DNA of 63,339 bases, the filler included, from Octopus bimaculoides (lineage: Eukaryota): assembly GCF_001194135.2 (NCBI RefSeq). It is 6 parts of 5 records of this genome, joined end to end, with 100 filler letters (N's around TTAATTAATTAA, not from the genome) between each part and the next. Parts side by side here need not be neighbours in the genome. Positions count along the whole stretch, not along the records: positions 36,299 to 40,750 come from NC_068984.1; positions 40,851 to 59,721 come from NC_069006.1; 4 more parts are not named here. The stretch is one strand, 5' to 3'. The position numbers and the translations under genes were made by a program. Each line of letters begins with the position of its first letter. Position 1 is the first letter of the stretch. This document shows, piece after piece, positions 39,001-51,714 of the stretch. Below the pieces are notes generated by a model. It was not told where the DNA came from, searched no databases, and saw only the letters and a list, made by a program, of their open reading frames with translations.

Positions 39001-39528
39001 TAATAATAATGGTATTTTTAGATAAGCTTAAAGTTTATGGCAATCACCATGCAATGACTAAGGAAAATAGTTTAATAAAGGGGCATATAAGCCCTCGGCA
39101 GAAAAAAAAGAAGGCTTCCTATCTGTGTGGGACACGAACCCACATCCCTTTGTTAACACGACTAAGTGTGTTACCTTTACACCAGCAAATTAGTCTGCCA
39201 GTTTCTGTTAAATTTAAGAACTATATTACTTCGTATTTCTTCTTTGTAAACAAACTTTTTATATGCTTTTAGTGCGAATAGTTTTTTTTTATATGGCACT
39301 GTATTTTACAATCCTGTAAATAATAATATTGGCATTTTTATATAAGCTTCAAGCTTGCAATGACAAAGGAAAATAATCTAATAAAGGGATATATAAGCCT
39401 TTGACAGAAAAAAAGAAGGTTTTCCAATCCAAAAGGGCTTATATGCCCCTTTATTAGACTATTTTCCTTAGTCATTGCATGGTGACTGCCATAAGCTTTA
39501 AGCTTATATAAAAATAACATTATTATTA
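39001..39528. mobile_element. Long-TIR (about 94 bp) element containing a tRNA-like segment
   Basis: 39001-39094 versus the reverse complement of 39435-39528 shows 5 mismatches by my count. There is an internal diverged direct copy at 39270-39425 and a tRNA-like A/B box segment at 39113-39197 (minus). Confidence 0.65.
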
Positions 39529-39530
39529 TA

Positions 39531-39574
<44 letters not shown>

Positions 39575-39879
39575 CATATATTTATATATTATTTATATTA
39601 TTATATATATGTATATATATATATATGTATGTATATATATATGTACATATANNNNNNNNNNNNNNNNNNNNNNNNNNNNNNNNNNNNNNNNNNNNNNNNN
39701 NNNNNNNNNNNNNNNNNNNNNNNNNNNNNNNNNNNNNNNNNNNNNNNNNNNATATACACACACACACATTATACATATGCATATATATTTTTTAATATCT
39801 AGTTTCAGCTTACAAGCTGTGGCTATGCTGGAGCACTGCCATTTGGTGTTGCTACATATTTTTACTTCATGAATGCTTT

Positions 39880-40565
39880 TTAGGTATTAACATTTGGTGA
39901 ATGAGGGAGTTTGATGCAGCTGCCCTTATCTGCACCTCCTGCCACAAAGTTGGTTCATCTGGGATACTTGTCAGTAAGAGGTCTAGCTTTATTTTGAAAA
40001 CACCTACATCCACCCCATGCAGGTCTCTCAGGTCCTTCGGAAGGATATTGAAGAGCTGTCAACCTCTAAAGCCCAGGCTATTGCAGTATCTTGTCCTACA
40101 TCTTGATGGCAAATTTGGAGTCCTTGGCACTATGCAGTGGTGCCCAGTTCTAGTATTTGTGTAACTCTCAATGCCAAAGTCTGGGACAAGTCCTTCCAGG
40201 ATCTTCCAGATGTATATTAGGCATATCTTTCTCGCCTATGCTCTAAAGAATAGAGTCTTAATCTCTTGAGTCTTTCCCAATAGCTTATATGCTGCAGAGA
40301 GGCTGTCTTCTTCGTGTAGCTTCGTTGGACTGCCTCAAGTTCTGCAATTAATCTTACATTGGTTGGTGACCATAGCTGAGAGCAATAGTGAAATTGGCTT
40401 AGGCCAAGTGTCCTCCAGAGGACCATCATAGTTTCCTGATCTCTTGTTCTAAATGTCCTAAGAATCCATCCAGTCAGTCGCCTGCATCATTACTCATGTG
40501 AATGCCCAGGTCTCGCACTGACTGTGCCTCTGGGATTGCAATGCCTCCAGGTCCAGTGTATTTAA
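39880..40565 (-). mobile_element. CR1-clade LINE 3' fragment
   Basis: SVRDLGIHMSND..GWILRTFRTRD..HYCSQLWSP..LEAVQRSYTK..YWERLKRLRLYSLE.RRERY. Confidence 0.88.
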
Positions 40566-40580
40566 TGGGTATTGCATTAT

Positions 40581-40645
<65 letters not shown>

Positions 40646-40850
40646 CACACAATATATGTGCGGGCGACACATGAAATCTTTCGACCGCCATCGTTGCCAG
40701 TGCCCTTGGACTGGCTCATGTGCGGGTGACACATGAAATCTTTTGAGTGGNNNNNNNNNNNNNNNNNNNNNNNNNNNNNNNNNNNNNNNNNNNNTTAATT
40801 AATTAANNNNNNNNNNNNNNNNNNNNNNNNNNNNNNNNNNNNNNNNNNNN

Positions 40851-40914
<64 letters not shown>

Positions 40915-40948
40915 TGTGTATGTGTGTGTGTATATATATATGTATATG

Positions 40949-40979
<31 letters not shown>

Positions 40980-41015
40980 TTACATACATATGTGTGTGTG
41001 TGTGTATGTATGTAT

Positions 41016-41081
<66 letters not shown>

Positions 41082-41184
41082 ATGTTGTATTTGTTATATC
41101 GTTCTTGGAATATGTTGTGCCCCACTAACCATGATTAGTAGAATGGGGTTGAGAGAAGATGGTGGTTAGAGGTGAGGCTACTTA

Positions 41185-41610
41185 TGTTGGTAATGATGAT
41201 GATGGCAGATCATCATCATCATCATCATCATCATCGTAGTAATAAAGAGAAGGGTTGTGTAACTCCAGTACATTCTTGGTGATGAGGATGTCGAGGCTAT
41301 AGCCATATCGATATGTAGTGGTGGTGGTCATGGCCGTGGTGATGTTGATGGTGATGATGATGGTGGTGGCAATGATGACAATGGTGGTAGTGATGGTGTT
41401 GGTGATGATGTTGATGATTATGATGATGATGATGACTGTGTTGGTGGTAGTGGTAGTGGTGATGGTGACAATGATGATCACAAAAGTGATGGTAGTGGTA
41501 GCATTAGTGGCTGTGGTGACAGAAGTGTGTTATTGTGGCAATAATGATGACGATGACAACAACAACGATGATGTTGATGTTAACGAAGATGATTCCTCGC
41601 TTATGATGTA
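41185..41610. repeat. Low-complexity (GAT/GGT)n tract
   Basis: Directly visible. Confidence 0.9.
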
Positions 41611-42256
41611 ACAAAAATAATAACTAACGTGGCTTGATTCAGCTGCCATTTCTCCCTGCCCCCTAACCCCCTAACTCCCCCCTCCATCCTCATCTCCACT
41701 TCATTCCCAATTCCACTTTCCACCCCCAACATCACCCAAATCCATCTCACCTTCACTCTATCTATACACCTCCCAATCTGCAATGCCCTCTGAACGTGAC
41801 TCACATGACAAAACACACACACACACACGCATGCNNNNNNNNNNNNNNNNNNNNNNNNNNNNNNNNNNNNNNNNNNNNNNNNNNNNNNNNNNNNNNNNNN
41901 NNNNNNNNNNNNNNNNNNNNNNNNNNNNNNNNNNNNNNNNNNNNNNNNNNNNNNNNNNNNNNNNNNNNNNNNNNNNNNNNNNNNNNNNNNNNNNNNNNNN
42001 NNNNNNNNNNNNNNNNNNNNNNNNNNNNNNNNNNNNNNNNNNNNNNNNNNNNNNNNNNNNNNNNNNNNNNNNNNNNNNNNNNNNNNNNNNNNNNNNNNNN
42101 NNNNNNNNNNNNNNNNNNNNNNNNNNNNNNNNNNNNNNNNNNNNNNNNNNNNNNNNNNNNNNNNNNNNNNNNNNNNNNNNNNNNNNNNNNNNNNNNNNNN
42201 NNNNNNNNNNNNNNNNNNNNNNNNNNNNNNNNNNNNNNNNNNNNNNNNNNNNNNNN

Positions 42257-42327
<71 letters not shown>

Positions 42328-42670
42328 TGTATGTTTGTGCTTATATATGTATGTGTGTGCATATATATATATATCTATGTATGTATGTATGTTTATCAGC
42401 GTGAATCTTGTAACATATAATTTATGTAACTACACACACACATACAAACACACACACACACACACACATGCTCACATACTTACAACATACACTTACAGAC
42501 CTGTCTATATGATGCATCTGTGTGTGCGCATGCATGTGGGTGTGTGTGTGTGTGTTTGTATGTGTGTGTGTGTGTTTTCTCTTTGAGTTCACAGGACTTG
42601 AAAGTCTTCTTTCTTTCATTCTCTCCTGCCAGCTGGCATTAGGAGGGATATTTAGGTGCTTGCTTGAAAT

Positions 42671-42780
<110 letters not shown>

Positions 42781-42964
42781 CACGCACGCACATACACACA
42801 CACACTCACACATGTAACACAGCACAAATCAAGAGTACTGAAGTAAATATAAATATTACAAAGCCTTACTGTGGGTTAAATAAAAATGTAAATACATTCT
42901 ACCTTTATTATTGATGCATGGAAAAAGAAGGAAGCATCTTCTGACTAACAGTTTCATACTTCAT

Positions 42965-43180
42965 AAGAATGTTGGACAAAATTGCGCAACAGCATTTCTA
43001 CTAGCTCTTTAGATTCTGAGTTCAAATCTGTTGAAGGTCAGCTTTGCTTTTCATACTTCCTGGGTTGATAAAAAAATAAAGTGCCAATCAAGGACTGTGT
43101 GTGGGTGGGGTTAAGCAATGTACTCAACCAACCCCTTTCCCTTAAATTGCTGGCCTTGTCCCAACATTATTATTATTATT
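42965..43180 (+). mobile_element. SINE family B, diverged
   Basis: TTCTGAGTTCAAAT box and (ATT)n tail. Confidence 0.65.
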
Positions 43181-43542
43181 GAGTGAGAGAGCAGTGCATG
43201 CCATTAAAGTGAGACTGGGGTAAAATATACAAAGCCCAATATACCCATCATGACTACCCGTCTGATAAGGGTACACCAGGCACATGCATCACAACCATAT
43301 GTACATGACATACTGATCTTGTATCAAGATAAACAGCGCATGACCTCGCAGGTGGGGCCCAGTTAGAATTTTTTTCAGGTCGAGTAGCCCATCTCGCTCA
43401 AAAGGTCCCTGAATAAAGTTTGTTTAAGGATGTTGAGCAAAACACCCATGTTTCCAAAGGTGAATTATTCAAACCCCAAAGAACTCCTCTCAACACATGG
43501 CTATGATGCTCCCCCACTACTTCTGCTCGTGAACAGAGATGC
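43180..43542 (-). mobile_element. Probable 3' end of a non-LTR element with (AAT)n tail
   Basis: Complex repeat-like sequence abutting (TAT)n; family not identifiable. Confidence 0.35.
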
Positions 43543-43717
43543 NNNNNNNNNNNNNNNNNNNNNNNNNNNNNNNNNNNNNNNNNNNNNNNNNNNNNNNNNN
43601 NNNNNNNNNNNNNNNNNNNNNNNNNNNNNNNNNNNNNNNNNNNNNNNNNNNNNNNNNNNNNNNNNNNNNNNNNNNNNNNNNNNNNNNNNNNNNNNNNNNN
43701 NNNNNNNNNNNNNNNNN

Positions 43718-43805
43718 AGTAGTAGTAATTGTAGTAGTAGTAGTAGTAGTAGTAGTTGTTGTTGTTGTTGTAGTAGTAGTAGTAGTAGGGGTAGCAGCAG
43801 CAGTT

Positions 43806-43839
<34 letters not shown>

Positions 43840-43862
43840 GGGTAGGGGTAGTAGTAATTGTT

Positions 43863-43907
<45 letters not shown>

Positions 43908-43910
43908 ATT

Positions 43911-43941
<31 letters not shown>

Positions 43942-44050
43942 GGGTAGCAGAAGCAGCAGCAGTTGTAGTAGTAGTAGTAGTAGTAGTAAGGGTAGCAGAA
44001 GCAGTAGTAGTAGTAGTAGTAGTAGTAGTAGCAGCAGTAGTAGCAGTAAT
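43718..44050. repeat. (AGT)n compound microsatellite
   Basis: Directly visible. Confidence 0.95.
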
Positions 44051-44304
44051 ATTCAAGGTAAGGCAGCACTCTCCGGAACTTGCTGGCCTTGTGCCAAAAT
44101 CTGAAATCATTATTGTTGTTGTTGTTATTATTATTGTTATTCTGTTACTGTTATCAACCCTTACTGCACTGCTGCCAGTCATCACCTCCTCTTCCTTATT
44201 TTCCTTCAACTTATATTTACCCATCACCCACCCCTCCACCATTCACTACATTCACTCTCACTTCTACCTCCGGCTTTAACCAATTCACCCCCCCCCCAGA
44301 CAAC

Positions 44305-44555
44305 TTTTACTTTTTTACTTGTTTCAGTCATTAGACTGTGGCCATGATGGAGCAGTGCCTTAAAGGATTTTAGTGAAACATATCAACCCCAGAACTTATT
44401 CTTTGTAAGCCTAGTATTTATTCTATCAGTCTCTTTTGTCAAACCGCTAAGTTACAGGGATGTAAACACACCAACACCAGTTGTCAAGCAGTGATGAGGA
44501 GACAAACACAGACACAAAGACATACACACACACACACACATACGACAGGCTTCTG
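44305..44555 (-). mobile_element. SINE family A, 3' half
   Basis: Tail CTTGTTTCAGTCATT..GGCCATG (minus). Confidence 0.8.
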
Positions 44556-44951
44556 GGGTATCGTGGGGGGTCGATTTGTTCNNNNNNNNNNNNNNNNNNN
44601 NNNNNNNNNNNNNNNNNNNNNNNNNNNNNNNNNNNNNNNNNNNNNNNNNNNNNNNNNNNNNNNNNNNNNNNNNNNNNNNNNNNNNNNNNNNNNNNNNNNN
44701 NNNNNNNNNNNNNNNNNNNNNNNNNNNNNNNNNNNNNNNNNNNNNNNNNNNNNNNNNNNNNNNNNNNNNNNNNNNNNNNNNNNNNNNNNNNNNNNNNNNN
44801 NNNNNNNNNNNNNNNNNNNNNNNNNNNNNNNNNNNNNNNNNNNNNNNNNNNNNNNNNNNNNNNNNNNNNNNNNNNNNNNNNNNNNNNNNNNNNNNNNNNN
44901 NNNNNNNNNNNNNNNNNNNNNNNNNNNNNNNNNNNNNNNNNNNNNNNNNNN

Positions 44952-45295
44952 CCACTACACTCTTGGAGTGGCATTAGGAAGGGCATCCAGCTGTAGAAAC
45001 TCTGCCAGATCAAATTGGAGTCTGGTGTGGCCATCTGCTTCACCAGTCCCCAGTCAAATTGTCCAACCCATGCTAGCATGGGTTGGACAATTTGACTGGG
45101 GACTGGTGAAGCAGATGGCCACACCAGACTCCAATTTGATCTGGCAGAGTTTCTACAGCTGGATGCCCTTCCTAATGCCACTCCAAGAGTGTAGTGGGTG
45201 CTTTTTACGTGCCACCAGCATGAGGGCCAGTTCGGAGGTACTGGCAACAGCCATGCTCAAATGGTGTTTTTTACGTGCCTCCTGCACAGGAGTAT
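44952..45295 (+). mobile_element. Repeat family D copy with a perfect 246-bp fold-back (44952-45197)
   Basis: Two identical 123-bp arms centred in CATGCT|AGCATG; the ORF track shows the same peptide on both strands. Confidence 0.9.
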
Positions 45296-45800
45296 AAAAT
45301 AAAATAACATAAAAATAAAACCTGCAGAACCAGGAACCAAAACCATGGAAACATTTGGGCTGATTGATGTCAGGGATTTGAACCGTCAACCCTGGAATCT
45401 TCCCCTCTAAATTTCGTTAGGAACAATAAGTAAATGGCAGGGAGATCAATGAAATATTCAACATTAAGTGAAGTCTGTCGTGGATGACATTGTAAACTCT
45501 CACATAGCAATTATGGAGAAAACAATGGATAATTTTTTGTTCCACTGAAGAATTGATTAAATAGCAATCCATCTGTGTATGAGCTATATAATTATATATA
45601 ATTGTATGTATATGCATATATATATATATGCATGTATGTGTGTATGTGTGCATGGTTTGTGTGTCTGTGTGCATGGTTTGTGTGTGTGTGTGTGTGTCTG
45701 TGTGTGCATGTTTGTATGTGTGTGTGTATGTGTATTACACACAGTTTACTGTAAGCATGCATTGACCACTTCTGTATGTATGTAAAAATATGTGCGTGTG

Positions 45801-45842
<42 letters not shown>

Positions 45843-46966
45843 TATATATACATATATATATATAAATATACATATATACATATATGTGTATATATGTATA
45901 TATGTGTGTATATATATATATATATATACATATATGTATATATATACATATATATATATATACATATATATGTATATATATACATATGATTTATATATAT
46001 ATATATATATNNNNNNNNNNNNNNNNNNNNNNNNNNNNNNNNNNNNNNNNNNNNNNNNNNNNNNNNNNNNNNNNNNNNNNNNNNNNNNNNNNNNNNNNNN
46101 NNNNNNNNNNNNNNNNNNNNNNNNNNNNNNNNNNNNNNNNNNNNNNNNNNNNNNNNNNNNNNNNNNNNNNNNNNNNNNNNNNNNNNNNNNNNNNNNNNNN
46201 NNNNNNNNNNNNNNNNNNNNNNNNNNNNNNNNNNNNNNNNNNNNNNNNNNNNNNNNNNNNNNNNNNNNNNNNNNNNNNNNNNNNNNNNNNNNNNNNNNNN
46301 NNNNNNNNNNNNNNNNNNNNNNNNNNNNNNNNNNNNNNNNNNNNNNNNNNNNNNNNNNNNNNNNNNNNNNNNNNNNNNNNNNNNNNNNNNNNNNNNNNNN
46401 NNNNNNNNNNNNNNNNNNNNNNNNNNNNNNNNNNNNNNNNNNNNNNNNNNNNNNNNNNNNNNNNNNNNNNNNNNNNNNNNNNNNNNNNNNNNNNNNNNNN
46501 NNNNNNNNNNNNNNNNNNNNNNNNNNNNNNNNNNNNNNNNNNNNNNNNNNNNNNNNNNNNNNNNNNNNNNNNNNNNNNNNNNNNNNNNNNNNNNNNNNNN
46601 NNNNNNNNNNNNNNNNNNNNNNNNNNNNNNNNNNNNNNNNNNNNNNNNNNNNNNNNNNNNNNNNNNNNNNNNNNNNNNNNNNNNNNNNNNNNNNNNNNNN
46701 NNNNNNNNNNNNNNNNNNNNNNNNNNNNNNNNNNNNNNNNNNNNNNNNNNNNNNNNNNNNNNNNNNNNNNNNNNNNNNNNNNNNNNNNNNNNNNNNNNNN
46801 NNNNNNNNNNNNNNNNNNNNNNNNNNNNNNNNNNNNNNNNNNNNNNNNNNNNNNNNNNNNNNNNNNNNNNNNNNNNNNNNNNNNNNNNNNNNNNNNNNNN
46901 NNNNNNNNNNNNNNNNNNNNNNNNNNNNNNNNNNNNNNNNNNNNNNNNNNNNNNNNNNNNNNNNNN

Positions 46967-47029
<63 letters not shown>

Positions 47030-47574
47030 AAGTGTGGGTGTATGTTCATGCGTGTTTAACACAATGAGAAGACATTAATATTGCTTGTACGCATAAAACA
47101 CCCTTGACTGTTATTCAGTACAAGTACAAACTAGTTTGGGTTGTGCGCTCATGTGTTGTGTGTGCACATGTGCTTGTATGTGTGTGTGTGTGTTATATAT
47201 TTCGTATAATGTGATATGGTGTAAAATTGTATGCACAATAATATTTCATGTGTGTTTGTGTGTGTGTGCAGTTCGTATGTATTCTGTTAAATAAGCTTTA
47301 AGACCAAGTTTTCAGAGTACAATATCATATGTAGATAGATATATAGATATTAAAATAGAGATTCAAGGAGTCAGAGCTCACAGTAAGCTCTGTGCTTGGT
47401 GCATGGCTATCAAGGGAAAACCGTGGTATGGCTAGGATGTAACCGCAGCGTCTTTCTGAACATCCAGGAATCACAATAGTGGAGGGAATGTACAAAGATA
47501 AAATCTTGTGGCCATGTGGTAAGAAGTTTGTTTCCCAACAACATGGTTTTGGGTTCAGTCCCACTGTGTGGTAT

Positions 47575-47730
47575 TCTCCGTGTTTTTCTCCTTGTCTCCG
47601 TATTCTTTCTGTTGAAGAGCGTAGCTCGAAACGTCAAAGACTTTCCGTATTCCCGAGCGTCATACTAATATATACTTTTGTTATTTACACCACCTGTCCT
47701 CGTCTGTTGTTATTTTTTGTATATTCTCCC
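47575..47730 (+). mobile_element. Probable Penelope-like terminal fragment with a minimal hammerhead motif (47604-47640)
   Basis: TCTTT-CTGTTGA-A-GAGC-GTA-GCTC-GAA-ACGT-C-AAAGA; homologue at 51834-51960. Confidence 0.6.
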
Positions 47731-47761
47731 ATATATATATATATATATATATACATATATA

Positions 47762-47925
47762 CGGCAGGTTTCTTTCAGTTTCTGTCTACCAAATCCACTC
47801 ACAAAGCTTTGCTCGGCCGAGGCTATAGTAGAAGACACTTGCCCAACGTGCCATGCAGTGGGACTGAACCCAGGACCATGTGGTTGGGAAGCAAGCTACT
47901 TACCACACAGCCACTCCTATGCCTA
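47762..47925 (-). mobile_element. SINE family A head
   Basis: Conserved head; a plus-strand head fragment lies at 47505-47575. Confidence 0.85.
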
Positions 47926-48444
47926 TAATGATACTCTTGTGTATTTCTCCGTCACAACATATGAACGAGAAAGGAGGGGGTGATAGATGAATAAGGAAGG
48001 AAGGGTTGATGGCAAACTTGGTAGTGGGATGATAGAAGTTCTACAGTGAAAAGGAAAAGTCAAACAGTGTTTCAACTTTGTGTGAGTATGTATGTGTATG
48101 TAAAAGGGAGTCATGTGAATGTGTGTGTGTGTGTGCAATGGAAGTGGGATGGTGAACATTCAATGCTGAAAAGAAAAATCAAACAGCATTTCAACTATGT
48201 GTGAGTGTATGTGTGTATGTATGTGCATGTACAAGGGAAGCATATGAATATTTGTATTTGTGATTATTATGTACCTTATTTATATATAAAATACTACAGT
48301 TACCCATCATTATTCATGGCATAGGGCCAGCTAGTATAATAATAATGAATAATGAACTTATACAGTGTTTCAGGTGCACTACAACTTACCAGCGTGGCTG
48401 TGTAGTAAGAAGATTTATTTCCCAACCACATGGTTCTGGGTTCC

Positions 48445-48730
48445 AGTGGCGGCACGTAGATAAAATTAGTGGGGGTGCTGCTTCAGAAAATGTTTAGCTG
48501 TTGTTTTAATATTGTGTAAAAAGAAACAAACATAAAAATGAAAATTTATATATCAACTTGATCAGTTCGCATTTTAGCCACTGCCAGGTAGTGTGTTTAA
48601 TTTTTTCACTTAGCACTGCTGCGAATTCCCCCTTGTTTTTCATCCCCCACCCCCTAAGTCAGAATATAAGGTGGGAAAATGTGCCCTTTTTTTCAAATCC
48701 TTGCAGCAAGCTGGAAGCTGGAAGCAGGAT
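48445..48730. mobile_element. Possible hAT-like DNA transposon remnant
   Basis: Starts CAGTGGCGG; the other end is uncertain. Confidence 0.3.
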
Positions 48731-49119
48731 AATAATCTGATTCTACACTTTATCACATTCAAGAATATAAACACGTTTTTAAGCACAACACATGCCGAGT
48801 CAAAAAGAAACACTTCCTTTCACCCAGCACTGTCGTTCAGGCAGTGCTCTCTCTACCTAGTGTGAAGCTTCCTATCTCAGACATGTGAACATGCACACTA
48901 CAGCCAAACACCGCGCTGCTCGAACTGTGAAGCGCACAGTTCTGTACAAGGATTTTTGTATTTTTTTCATAAACTAGGGGATGGCCTAAGGATTATATAA
49001 TGTACAAATATAAAGAAAGAATTAAAGAAAAAAGGACTCATTATATTGAATGTTATCCATAATATCGAGTGGAAATAGGGGACGCTGCAGTTCTGCAGTT
49101 CCTAGACTCGAGCTGTCAC

Positions 49120-49460
49120 TGCTGGGTTCAGTTCCACTGTGTGGCACCTTGGACAAATAAATGTCTTCTACTATAGCCTTGGGCTGACCAAATCTTTCCA
49201 AGTGGATTTGGTAGATGGAAACTAAAAGAAGATCGTCGCATATGTGTGTGTGTGTGTGTGTGTGTGTTTGTTTTGTACCTGTTTTTATCCCCCGCCACAA
49301 CCTGACAGCCGGTGTTAGTGTGTTTACGTCCCCGTAAGTTAGCGGTTCGGCAAGAGAGATCGATAGAGTAAGTACCAGGCTTAAAACAAAAGTAAAAAGT
49401 TCGGTTTATTCGCCTAAAACCCCCCAGCATGGCCGCAGCCTAATTACTGAAAGAAATAGA
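49120..49460 (+). mobile_element. SINE family A
   Basis: Core and tail conserved. Confidence 0.8.
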
Positions 49461-49889
49461 CTATAACACATACACACAAATACATACGTACATTCATACA
49501 TACATTCGTGCGAACATACATACATACATACATACATATGTGCATGCATACAGTCAGACAGACGCACGCACGCAAGTGTATACATTTCCTGGGTAGTTAG
49601 GTGTACGTATGTATTGGCTTTGTGTATATTGGAAATGTGTGTGTGTATGTGTGTGTATTACTGTGTGTATGAATGTATGTATGGGTATTTTGAAATAGTT
49701 ATCGAAGCTGCAACTCTACCCAAAGAGGCAGGGGAAAGATGGATGATGGCGTCGGGCTGGTGGCTGTGATAGGATGTGAAGGAAAATGAAAGTAGAAACT
49801 CTAACGAACTAATATGAACAGCGGAAATGAAAGTATTTCGTTAATACATATCCCAAGTGAAACAATATGGTGGTGGCTTTTCAAGCTGA

Positions 49890-50346
49890 AGAGAATTGAG
49901 AGAAAGAGACAGAGAGAGAGAGAGAGAGGTTGCGTAGCACTTAATTTCGTTGTTGGATAGAGACAATAGATAGAGATGAATGAAGAAATGGGTGAAAGAA
50001 AAGGTATATGAGAAAGGTATGAAAGAAAGAGAGGGTGTAGTGAATATGTGTGTGTGAGGGAGAGAGCGAGCGAGAGAGGAACAGACTGAGAAGAAGTGAG
50101 GGAATGAATGATGATGTGAAAGAGCGGGAGAGACTGGGGAAGAAAGAGACTAAGAAAAAGTGACGGAATGAATGACTGTAGGAAAGACATAAGATAGAGA
50201 GAAAGAGAGAGAGAAATGAAGAGACAGGGTGACAAAGAGTAAAAGAGAGACAGGAAAAGTGATGGAATGAATGGTTGTGTGAAAGACAAGATGAGAGCGA
50301 GGGGGAGAGAGGGAGATATATAGAGAGGAAGAAAGAAAGAAAGGGA

Positions 50347-50415
<69 letters not shown>

Positions 50416-50600
50416 GAAGCAAAGAAAGTAGAAGAGAGAGTGGGAGAGAGTGAGTTAGAGACAAACAGGGGATTTGTATATTTATCTCCAGAAACATGTG
50501 AAACACGAATGAATGGGCGAAAGAGGATGATTACGGAAGAGGGAGAGAGAGGGGGAGGAAGGACTAGATGAAGGAAAGAAAGAAACGAAGAAGGAAAGAG
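49890..50600. repeat. GA-rich low-complexity region
   Basis: (GA)n and (GAAA)n mosaics; explains the S/L/F-rich minus-strand ORFs. Confidence 0.9.
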
Positions 50601-50620
50601 CAAAAACAAAGGAACATTGA

Positions 50621-50711
50621 GGCGGAGGTAAAGAATACGCACACCACTCGTTTTCGGCATAACCCTAACCCTAATCTTAAACACCGGGTGTGCGTGTTCT
50701 TTACCTTCGCC
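50621..50711. mobile_element. 91-bp MITE with 25-bp TIRs around a (TAACCC)2 core
   Basis: GGCGGAGGTAAAGAATACGCACACC versus GGTGTGCGTGTTCTTTACCTTCGCC (2 mismatches). Confidence 0.7.
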
Positions 50712-50809
50712 AAACATTAAGATATGATATAACTAAACGAATGAGTGAACGAATGAGTACATGAACGAGAATGAAGAAAGTTTTAAGTTTTCGGATGTAA
50801 AAAAATAAA

Positions 50810-50928
50810 TTAGGAAAGAAAAGAAATCGCCGGATTCGCATCAGAAGCGATCCTTTGGTATTCATCACCAGAGTGTCGGTATGAGGAAACGATGTCATTC
50901 ATCCTTTTTATCATCCTAACCTCTTTCT
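50810..50928 (-). CDS. Candidate exon (xKEVRMIKRMNDIVSSYRHSGDEYQRIASDANPAISFLS*)
   Basis: Acceptor ctttttttttgtgacatag; only one frame is open; possible internal donor TCTG|gtgatg. Confidence 0.3.
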
Positions 50929-51714
50929 CTATGTCACAAAAAAAAGTGGTGTGGATGAATGATGTCATCTACCAATACCGAAGTAATAACTCGTCATATT
51001 TATAGAAAGCAAAAGAATGCAACATGGGTTTGTCACATGCCCTAGGACTCATACAGTTCGAGTTTAACCAAGAAAGTGGAAGTTTGTATGGCATATGAAT
51101 AAATGTTTGAAATTACAACTCTACCCGGCCCAGAGTCCAACGCTGGTCTGTCACAATTAACATCACAGCTACTGCTTTAACCAGTATTGGGTTAGCCATT
51201 AAGCAAAATAAGCACAAGCTAATGGCATCAGGGGAAGGCGAGAACACCACAGAAATGGTAAACTTATATGATTGGAATATGTCGAAGTATTCATGGTGTC
51301 ATAGTGAGGAACTGACCAATGACTTCGAAATTTTTTTTTTAAAGTGGGAGAAAACTTTTCATATATAAATAAAGTTGAAGTGGATCTTTCTAATTTGGCA
51401 GACACCATTTTTATTTAGTGTTTTCTACCGAAACACTTTAAAACTTCGTATACTTGTATATTTTGTCTTGTGGAACAGAGAAAAATTTTTATATTCGAAG
51501 TTATTTCATGTTAAAAATTGAAATATATACAAATATAAACATTATTTTCCATCTTTCTGTTCGTTTTGTTTCATTTTGAAAAATACATGTTTATTCAATG
51601 GCTTACTATTGCTTATATTTCGAATTACATGTATAATAGGGCTACCAAAATCTTTTAAGTGCTTAGGGCCTCTGGGTCGCAATCCGGCTTTGGCTGTAAC
51701 TCATAGCCGAATGG

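Noticed and set aside
39113-39197. Functional tRNA gene
   Set aside because: A/B-box-like motifs are present but I could not build a convincing cloverleaf; treated as a tRNA-derived repeat.
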